Assembly (NCBI GenBank): GCA_012295275.1
Contig: CM022665.1
Location: 48,360,001-48,424,000 of the forward strand
Source of the DNA: Chrysomallon squamiferum
Lineage: Eukaryota; Animalia; Mollusca
Direction: 5' to 3'
DNA length: 64,000 bases
Under the pieces are notes generated by a model. That model had not been told where the DNA came from. It made no database searches and saw only the letters and a list, made by a program, of their open reading frames with translations. Numbering within the stretch: position 1 is the first letter of the stretch; each line of letters starts with the position of its first letter. Positions 62,780 to 64,000 of the stretch are shown piece after piece. The translations under genes and the position numbers were made by a program.

Positions 62780-64000
62780 ATATTATTATTATTATTATTA
62801 TCTCTTTGTTAAATAAACGTTATTTTTCTCAGGGCTTATTGTCATACATATTATTATTATTATTATTATTATCTCTGTTGTTACTGGTGTTAACTAAATG
62901 TGATATTTCTCAGGGCTACATGTCCTACATCAAAATTATTATTATTATTATTATTAATATTATTATTATTAAGTATTATCTCTGTTGTTAACTAAACGTG
63001 ATATTTCTCAGGGCTACGTGTCCTACATCAAAAGTCTTCCCATCAATGACACTCCAGAGATATTTGGTCTTCACGAAAACGCTAACATCACATTTGCCCA
63101 GAATGAGACAGCAATGCTGCTGTCAGGTCTGCTGGAACTTCAGCCCAAAACAGCAACGGGCGGCGGCCACTCCAGGGAGGAGGTAAGACACACCCTTGTT
63201 GTAAATTTTAATACTTGTACTTGATTTGAGTCTTATGGATGAGAAAATAGCAAACGTAATTATTGTGACATGTTGGACAGTGGGATTTTGCCAAAATTTT
63301 AATATTTTCAATTTGATATTAGTTCCATTGGATAAAAATGACATAGTTAATTACTGTGTCATGTTGAATGTTGGGTTTTTGCAGAAATTCTAATATTTGT
63401 ACTTGAATTGAGTTTCATGGATAAAAAAAATAACAAACATAATTATTATGTCATATTGGATGGAAAAACATTTTGGCAAAAAATTAATATTTATATTTGA
63501 TTTTTGTTTCATGGATATAAAAATGACATAGTTAATTACTGTGTCATGTTGGATGGTGGGTTTTTGCAGAAGTTTTATTATTTGTACTTGAATTGAGTTT
63601 CATTGATAAAAATAGCGTAGGTAATTATTGTGTCATGTTGGAGGATGGAACTTTGCAGAAATGTTGATTATGAGTTTCATGGATAAAACTAACACAGATA
63701 ATTGTTGTTTGTTGTTGGAGGGAGGCTATTTGCAGAAATTTTAATATTTCTACTCAATTTGAATCATAGATAAAAAAAAAAATAACATATAAATATTGTA
63801 ACTTTTGTGTGTTTAAAAAATAAATGATGTGCAGTTTAAAGACTTAATATTGTAGCTCTCTCTGTTATTTGGTTTGGGTTTTTTTGACATGTGTGTTTGC
63901 TGTAATTAATTTTGTGTTTAAAAAGGTTGTAAAGAAACACCAGGTATCTAACTGTGGTCTTCTTGTTTTGTTATCAGATCACAGAGGAAATGGCTAGACA
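555..64000 (+). CDS. DNAH1: Axonemal dynein heavy chain 1-like gene, spliced and partial (about 57 exons; 5' and 3' ends outside the window)
   Basis: The spliced translation has the P-loops GPAGTGKT (AAA1), GPTASGKT (AAA2), GPTGTGKT (AAA3) and GMGGSGRQ (AAA4), plus CFDEFNRI, the stalk/MTBD and AAA6 motifs. Segments such as [20 protein letters not shown] and [15 protein letters not shown] match my recollection of vertebrate DNAH1. Confidence 0.93.
1036..1370 (+). repeat. About 60-bp minisatellite with variable (TG)n, ending at the w2 acceptor
   Basis: gtttctgtctcactgtaagctggtattgtgtg occurs 6 times. Confidence 0.9.
1378..1519 (+). CDS. DNAH1: Exon w2 ([13 protein letters not shown]...RLDTLR)
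   Basis: tacag|G...AGG|gtaaac, phase 2-0. Confidence 0.9.
1590..1946 (+). repeat. About 28-bp minisatellite ending in the w3 acceptor
   Basis: gatatataagtagatatgttttgta(g) about 12 times. Confidence 0.9.
1944..2099 (+). CDS. DNAH1: Exon w3 (MVVAGMAAH...FGMPVTN)
   Basis: ttttag|ATG...AAT|gtaagt, 156 nt. Confidence 0.9.
3375..5470. repeat. Intronic satellite of about 34-bp palindrome-rich monomers arranged in about 0.8-kb higher-order repeats
   Basis: Monomer gaagtagtagtgtatacacagtatactgtaataat; marker ttcagtatactatcattcttatagcatgac at about 3661, 4448 and 5299. Confidence 0.9.
6588..6786 (+). CDS. DNAH1: Exon w4 ([14 protein letters not shown]...FQDIP)
   Basis: ttccag|TAC...A|gtaagt, phase 0-1. 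Confidence 0.92.
6787..7175 (+). repeat. Degenerate about 30-bp repeat derived from the w4 donor
   Basis: Recurring atatacc(c)agtaagtg...tgtattaca. Confidence 0.7.
7850..8430. repeat. About 150-bp tandem repeat, 4 diverged copies
   Basis: tcactggt(c/t)agattgggaaattagg at about 7895, 8043, 8193 and 8345. Confidence 0.85.
8863..8975 (+). CDS. DNAH1: Exon w5 (VQQVAMEIK...GMRHRHWDQ)
   Basis: ttgcag|GT...CAG|gttagc, phase 1-0. Confidence 0.92.
9370..9510 (+). CDS. DNAH1: Exon w6 (LSEELGFPL...AGKEYSIEQ)
   Basis: gacag|CTG...CAG|gtgtgt, 141 nt. Confidence 0.92.
10038..10250 (+). CDS. DNAH1: Exon w7 (ALDKMEKEW...KLRTTQ)
   Basis: accag|GCT...CAG|gtacaa, 213 nt. Confidence 0.92.
10735..10899 (+). 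CDS. DNAH1: Exon w8 ([20 protein letters not shown]...ENPQ), linker
   Basis: gtcag|GAC...CAG|gtatag; WLYLEPIF dynein motif. Confidence 0.95.
11329..11556 (+). CDS. DNAH1: Exon w9 (VISLCPDN...[17 protein letters not shown]...ENIAK)
   Basis: tacag|GTG...AAG|gtaaag; FPRFYFLS motif. Confidence 0.95.
11655..11976 (+). repeat. 83-bp tandem repeat carrying the w10 acceptor and the first 18 exon nt
   Basis: tgttgcag|ct(c)agatttgaggatgac with AG ending at 11709, 11792, 11875 and 11958. Confidence 0.95.
11959..12138 (+). CDS. DNAH1: Exon w10 (LRFEDDLKI...[11 protein letters not shown]...DYKT)
   Basis: ttgcag|CTG...ACT|gtgagt, 180 nt; acaaaact|gtgagt is copied about 5 times downstream to about 12330. 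Confidence 0.93.
12851..13152 (+). CDS. DNAH1: Exon w11 ([15 protein letters not shown]...IEVHARDVV...WISQLR)
   Basis: gacag|CGG...AG|gtctgt, phase 0-2. Confidence 0.93.
13655..13970 (+). repeat. About 60-bp repeat ending at the w12 acceptor
   Basis: gtgtttgttaaacactattagtac about 5 times. Confidence 0.8.
13977..14093 (+). CDS. DNAH1: Exon w12 (YYWLEDEN...[20 protein letters not shown])
   Basis: ttgcag|G...CG|gtcagt; start of AAA1. Confidence 0.95.
14417..14507 (+). CDS. DNAH1: Exon w13, AAA1 Walker A ([12 protein letters not shown])
   Basis: gacag|A...AAG|gtgagt. Confidence 0.96.
14831..14928 (+). CDS. DNAH1: Exon w14 ([21 protein letters not shown]...KGLAS)
   Basis: ttcag|GAC...AG|gtaaag, phase 0-2. 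Confidence 0.95.
15400..15800. repeat. About 32-bp degenerate repeat upstream of exon w15a
   Basis: aatgtgtttacacactgacaacaca repeated. Confidence 0.8.
15827..15932 (+). CDS. DNAH1: Exon w15a, AAA1 Walker B ([35 protein letters not shown])
   Basis: ttgcag|T...AGG|gtgaga, 106 nt, phase 2-0. Confidence 0.93.
17359..17464 (+). CDS. DNAH1: Exon w15b, paralogous alternative AAA1 Walker B exon ([35 protein letters not shown])
   Basis: ctctag|T...AAG|gtacat, 106 nt, phase 2-0, open frame. Confidence 0.85.
17470..17790. repeat. 39-41-bp minisatellite with an internal inverted repeat, about 8 copies
   Basis: cttgtgttgtgtttcactgggcatggaacaacacacatgg; tgtgttgt is the reverse complement of acaacaca. 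Confidence 0.92.
19048..19297. repeat. 11-bp tandem repeat before the w16 acceptor
   Basis: a(a/g)ctgtgtta(a/c) about 20 times. Confidence 0.9.
19312..19425 (+). CDS. DNAH1: Exon w16 (VDRFIFEG...[19 protein letters not shown]), AAA1 sensor I
   Basis: tttcag|GTT...AAA|gtaaaa. Confidence 0.95.
20015..20164 (+). CDS. DNAH1: Exon w17 ([13 protein letters not shown]...SEQLSSQ)
   Basis: ttgcag|GCT...CAA|gtaagt. Confidence 0.95.
20763..20849 (+). CDS. DNAH1: Exon w18 ([14 protein letters not shown]...PDMDE)
   Basis: actag|GAT...GAG|gtttgt. Confidence 0.94.
21408..21514 (+). CDS. DNAH1: Exon w19 ([16 protein letters not shown]...SDLFPNIK)
   Basis: tctag|GAG...AA|gtaagt. Confidence 0.94.
21515..22000 (+). 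repeat. Tandem duplications (146 and 215 bp spacing) containing the last 44 nt of w19 and its donor
   Basis: aaactgttcagtggtattgtgtctgatctgtttcctaacatcaa|gtaagt ending at 21660 and 21875. Confidence 0.92.
22150..22655. repeat. Degenerate short-unit tandem repeat
   Basis: aaaa(c/t)tgtcactttgaatagttt motif recurring. Confidence 0.7.
23201..23280 (+). CDS. DNAH1: Exon w20 ([10 protein letters not shown]...LKDVD)
   Basis: tttcag|A...G|gtaaaa, phase 2-1. Confidence 0.9.
23640..24100 (+). repeat. 128-bp tandem repeat carrying the w21 acceptor and about 40 exon nt
   Basis: ttcag|gttttatcaagaagt...actg with AG ending at 23679, 23807, 23935 and 24059. Confidence 0.93.
24060..24151 (+). CDS. DNAH1: Exon w21, AAA2 P-loop ([17 protein letters not shown])
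   Basis: ctcag|GT...AAG|gttagt. Confidence 0.95.
24650..24804 (+). CDS. DNAH1: Exon w22 (CYQILQKAM...[21 protein letters not shown])
   Basis: cacag|TGT...TG|gtaagt. Confidence 0.94.
24747..25070 (+). repeat. 79-bp tandem repeat made of the last about 57 nt of w22 plus its donor, 4 copies
   Basis: ...ctcactcacgaatg|gtaagt ending at 24804, 24883, 24962 and 25041. Confidence 0.95.
25267..25444 (+). CDS. DNAH1: Exon w23 ([10 protein letters not shown]...[25 protein letters not shown]...)
   Basis: tacag|G...GAT|gtgagt. Confidence 0.95.
25986..26180 (+). CDS. DNAH1: Exon w24 ([26 protein letters not shown]...DQFLQ)
   Basis: tctag|GGA...CAG|gtttgt. Confidence 0.95.
26677..26796 (+). CDS. DNAH1: Exon w25 (PVIKFVRNH...FSPFIPKE)
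   Basis: gtcag|CCT...GAG|gtactt; the acceptor lies in an 8-bp duplication. Confidence 0.88.
27938..27955 (+). CDS. Candidate 18-nt microexon (ARQRRV)
   Basis: ctgacttgcag|GCTCGACAACGCAGAGTG|gtaaga; phase 0-0 matches the host intron; GC-rich island in AT-rich intron. Confidence 0.65.
29005..30035. repeat. About 40-42-bp minisatellite with drifting variants
   Basis: tgtagattttatctcactcagaagaatttatcttcattactttg and derivatives. Confidence 0.85.
30100..30129 (+). CDS. Candidate 30-nt microexon ([10 protein letters not shown])
   Basis: About 40-nt pyrimidine tract, then tttag|ACA...TTT|gtgagt; phase 0-0. Confidence 0.65.
31009..31167 (+). CDS. DNAH1: Exon w26 (GEKPIPEY...[17 protein letters not shown]...REHN)
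   Basis: accag|GGA...AAT|gtaaaa. Confidence 0.92.
31626..31739 (+). CDS. DNAH1: Exon w27 ([14 protein letters not shown]...AKSKE)
   Basis: tgtag|GTT...GAG|gtaaac. Confidence 0.92.
32109..32249 (+). CDS. DNAH1: Exon w28 (VQWRSWM...[11 protein letters not shown]...NKKT)
   Basis: aacag|GTT...ACA|gtaagg. Confidence 0.93.
32380..32540 (+). CDS. DNAH1: Exon w29, AAA3 P-loop ([12 protein letters not shown]...KLDKR)
   Basis: ttcag|GTA...AG|gtgggt. Confidence 0.95.
32952..33283 (+). CDS. DNAH1: Exon w30 ([10 protein letters not shown]...FIDDLNMP...[12 protein letters not shown]...GPPGGGRN...)
   Basis: cacag|A...G|gtgtgt, 332 nt. Confidence 0.96.
33488..33985 (+). repeat. About 45-51-bp repeat carrying the w31 acceptor
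   Basis: gtgtttgtgttgttacag|atcagtc about 10 times. Confidence 0.9.
33970..34148 (+). CDS. DNAH1: Exon w31 (QSQSLKEHC...[23 protein letters not shown]...KIT)
   Basis: ttcag|AT...ACT|gtaagc. Confidence 0.93.
34700..34936 (+). CDS. DNAH1: Exon w32 ([23 protein letters not shown]...PDHEK)
   Basis: ttcag|AAC...AAG|gtgaat. Confidence 0.93.
35478..35674 (+). CDS. DNAH1: Exon w33, AAA4 P-loop (LVRVLEEY...[23 protein letters not shown])
   Basis: aacag|CTG...AT|gtaagt, phase 0-2. Confidence 0.95.
36062..36200 (+). other. Remnant of expected exon w34 (…CFQIEL…), mostly unreadable
   Basis: tttcag|ggca...tgtttccagattgagctg encodes CFQIEL; the remainder is absent; flanking phases (2 and 0) require an exon here. 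Confidence 0.7.
36130..37000 (+). repeat. 58-bp minisatellite
   Basis: tgtttgacatcagtctttacaaatgtctttattcaagtaactgtaatttgtatctcag about 14 times; the 5' copies are degraded. Confidence 0.9.
37248..37456 (+). CDS. DNAH1: Exon w35 ([23 protein letters not shown]...NLHTVITMS)
   Basis: ttaaag|ATC...AG|gtgagt; about 38-bp donor copies follow to about 37680. Confidence 0.93.
37886..38057 (+). CDS. DNAH1: Exon w36 ([25 protein letters not shown]...NGL)
   Basis: aacag|T...CTG|gtcagt. Confidence 0.94.
38372..41234 (+). repeat. 45-bp minisatellite (about 65 copies, with 37- and 43-bp variants) made of the w37 acceptor plus the first 14 exon nt
   Basis: tgtttgataatgtgtgtttacctgtgtgcag|gtgtcagtgtgtca; the last copy runs into the exon. 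Confidence 0.97.
41221..41412 (+). CDS. DNAH1: Exon w37 ([11 protein letters not shown]...[11 protein letters not shown]...KTGLDK)
   Basis: tgcag|GTG...AAG|gtgaaa. Confidence 0.94.
41762..42155. repeat. 39-bp minisatellite, about 10 copies
   Basis: aggaagatatttaaaataatcagatattgtgtatta. Confidence 0.9.
42181..42300 (+). CDS. DNAH1: Exon w38, stalk CC1 ([15 protein letters not shown]...ISVDT)
   Basis: ttcag|CTG...ACT|gtaagt. Confidence 0.93.
42375..42767 (+). repeat. About 33-bp repeat carrying the w39 acceptor sequence
   Basis: tgatattttcag|tctagtagtagatataatgta about 11 times. Confidence 0.88.
42768..42894 (+). CDS. DNAH1: Exon w39 ([14 protein letters not shown]...TQAIA...LNE.LPAL), 3' half frameshifted or garbled
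   Basis: ttcag|GCT...CTG|gtcagt spans 127 nt, not a multiple of 3; conserved words fall in different frames. Confidence 0.7.
43384..43533 (+). CDS. DNAH1: Exon w40 ([18 protein letters not shown]...IPGDK), MTBD
   Basis: ttcag|GAC...AAG|gtttga. Confidence 0.94.
43625..44137 (+). repeat. Copies of the w41 start interleaved with (GTA)n microsatellites
   Basis: cgggagtgaaagtggatgactactgg at about 43714 and 43876, each followed by (tag)n. Confidence 0.9.
44111..44563 (+). CDS. DNAH1: Exon w41 ([13 protein letters not shown]...[14 protein letters not shown]...RLTRADK), MTBD and CC2
   Basis: tgtag|CCG...AAG|gtgagt, 453 nt. Confidence 0.95.
44533..45525 (+). repeat. About 105-130-bp repeat made of the last about 30 nt of w41 plus its donor, 9 copies
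   Basis: gtgtgaggccag(g/a)ctgactagagctgacaa(g/a)|gtgagtt. Confidence 0.93.
45811..45942 (+). CDS. DNAH1: Exon w42 ([12 protein letters not shown]...IAYLGPFS)
   Basis: tacag|CTG...TCA|gtgagt. Confidence 0.94.
46258..46497 (+). repeat. 40-41-bp repeat carrying the w43 acceptor, 6 copies
   Basis: gttgactgtttgtgttccag|ggtgaat. Confidence 0.92.
46492..46737 (+). CDS. DNAH1: Exon w43 (GEYRADM...[12 protein letters not shown]...[19 protein letters not shown]), AAA5
   Basis: ttgcag|GGT...ATG|gtgagt. Confidence 0.95.
47460..47609 (+). CDS. DNAH1: Exon w44 ([11 protein letters not shown]...[13 protein letters not shown])
   Basis: cacag|GAA...CAA|gtatgc; degenerate cttagacaagt repeats follow to about 48280. 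Confidence 0.94.
48320..48695. repeat. About 66-bp tandem repeat
   Basis: gtatcttattaacaaatgaatg...aacatttcactata about 5 times. Confidence 0.8.
49682..49842 (+). CDS. DNAH1: Exon w45 ([14 protein letters not shown]...[12 protein letters not shown]...NFTLSPS)
   Basis: ctcag|ACG...AG|gtgagt. Confidence 0.95.
49950..50312 (+). repeat. About 35-bp repeat carrying the w46 acceptor plus 11 exon nt
   Basis: gtattgcatgttacag|tggtttagaag|gtaatatt about 10 times. Confidence 0.88.
50302..50527 (+). CDS. DNAH1: Exon w46 ([20 protein letters not shown]...SMEIK)
   Basis: tacag|T...AAG|gtttgt. Confidence 0.95.
51018..51213 (+). CDS. DNAH1: Exon w47 ([14 protein letters not shown]...[12 protein letters not shown]...AERA)
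   Basis: ttcag|GCG...G|gttagt; about 26-bp donor-derived repeats follow to about 51590. Confidence 0.95.
52090..52226 (+). CDS. DNAH1: Exon w48 ([26 protein letters not shown]...KHKLLF...DM), 3' third garbled
   Basis: ttcag|AC; in-frame TAA after RSLF; KHKLLF in another frame; gacatg|gtaaac donor copied downstream. Confidence 0.75.
52628..52827 (+). CDS. DNAH1: Exon w49 ([10 protein letters not shown]...[12 protein letters not shown]...FDSPEPHR)
   Basis: gttag|GAT...AG|gtttgt. Confidence 0.94.
53357..53547 (+). CDS. DNAH1: Exon w50 (EQLPGSW...[11 protein letters not shown]...RFIEPQ), 3' part garbled and end uncertain
   Basis: cacag|A; the frame reaches TGA near 53466; agattcatagagccacag|gtactt (RFIEPQ) at 53530-53547. 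Confidence 0.7.
53896..54054 (+). CDS. DNAH1: Exon w51 ([27 protein letters not shown]...ISLGQGQ), AAA6
   Basis: ttcag|ACA...CAG|gttaat. Confidence 0.95.
54592..54723 (+). CDS. DNAH1: Exon w52 (GPRAEAMM...[10 protein letters not shown]...DPDK)
   Basis: cacag|GGC...AAG|gtcaga. Confidence 0.95.
55290..55463 (+). CDS. DNAH1: Exon w53 ([11 protein letters not shown]...[10 protein letters not shown]...ACGDK)
   Basis: gttag|GTT...AAG|gtgagg. Confidence 0.95.
56425..56433 (+). CDS. Candidate 9-nt microexon (KDK)
   Basis: tgtgtgtttcag|AAAGACAAG|gtaaaa, phase 0-0. Confidence 0.45.
57935..59180 (+). repeat. About 30-bp minisatellite made of the w54 acceptor plus 10 exon nt, decaying upstream
   Basis: tttaactatttcag|aac(g/a)ctgtgtatt at least 25 times. 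Confidence 0.92.
59171..59350 (+). CDS. DNAH1: Exon w54 ([16 protein letters not shown]...[16 protein letters not shown]...DIPFK)
   Basis: ttcag|AAC...AAA|gtaaca. Confidence 0.95.
59428..59786 (+). repeat. About 30-35-bp repeats carrying the w55 acceptor
   Basis: ttgttattca(g/t)gtgtta and ttactcag|gtgtt. Confidence 0.8.
59777..59953 (+). CDS. DNAH1: Exon w55 ([22 protein letters not shown]...SQDHN)
   Basis: ctcag|GTG...AAT|gtaaat. Confidence 0.95.
60015..61000. repeat. About 30-37-bp AT-rich minisatellite, interrupted at about 60710-60855
   Basis: ctagtcactttactatataaata(atactactaacaca) repeated. Confidence 0.9.
60732..60854 (+). mobile_element. 3' fragment of a Tc1/mariner-superfamily DNA transposon
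   Basis: [12 protein letters not shown] (60732-60770) resembles mariner-type transposase C-termini; it is followed by ...aacctacttttgggccaccctg|TA, a CAGGGTG-type TIR end with a TA target. Confidence 0.7.
62800..63032 (+). repeat. Copies of the w56 acceptor plus about 20 exon nt, separated by (ATT)n
   Basis: tttctcag|ggctac(a/g)tgtcctacatcaaa with AG ending at 62832, 62913 and 63011. Confidence 0.88.
63012..63182 (+). CDS. DNAH1: Exon w56 ([27 protein letters not shown]...SREE)
   Basis: ctcag|GGC...GAG|gtaaga. Confidence 0.95.
63200..63800. repeat. About 88-bp diverged tandem repeat
   Basis: ttgagtttcatggataaaaa...aattattgtgtcatgttgga about 6 times. Confidence 0.75.
63978..64000 (+). CDS. 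DNAH1: Exon w57, partial (ITEEMAR...)
   Basis: ttatcag|ATC; continues SREE in frame. Confidence 0.75.

Overview
AT-rich animal genomic DNA (invertebrate-like; taxon not determinable here). The whole window lies inside one + strand, intron-rich axonemal dynein heavy chain gene that matches DNAH1 as I recall it (no alignment run). I traced about 57 GT-AG exons with consistent phases, from the tail/linker through AAA1-AAA4, the stalk/microtubule-binding domain, AAA5 and AAA6 into the C-terminal region; both gene ends lie outside the window. Main observations: (1) two diverged 106-nt copies of the AAA1 Walker-B exon that look mutually exclusive; (2) in-frame candidate microexons of 18, 30 and 9 nt in long introns; (3) about 25 splice junctions that are the terminal unit of their own tandem repeat, giving decoy acceptors upstream and decoy donors downstream, up to about 65 copies; (4) four garbled exons next to such repeats, probably assembly artefacts; (5) a short Tc1/mariner 3' end fragment. 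Most ORFs in the supplied track are repeat or antisense artefacts. Exon numbers (w1...) are local to this window.
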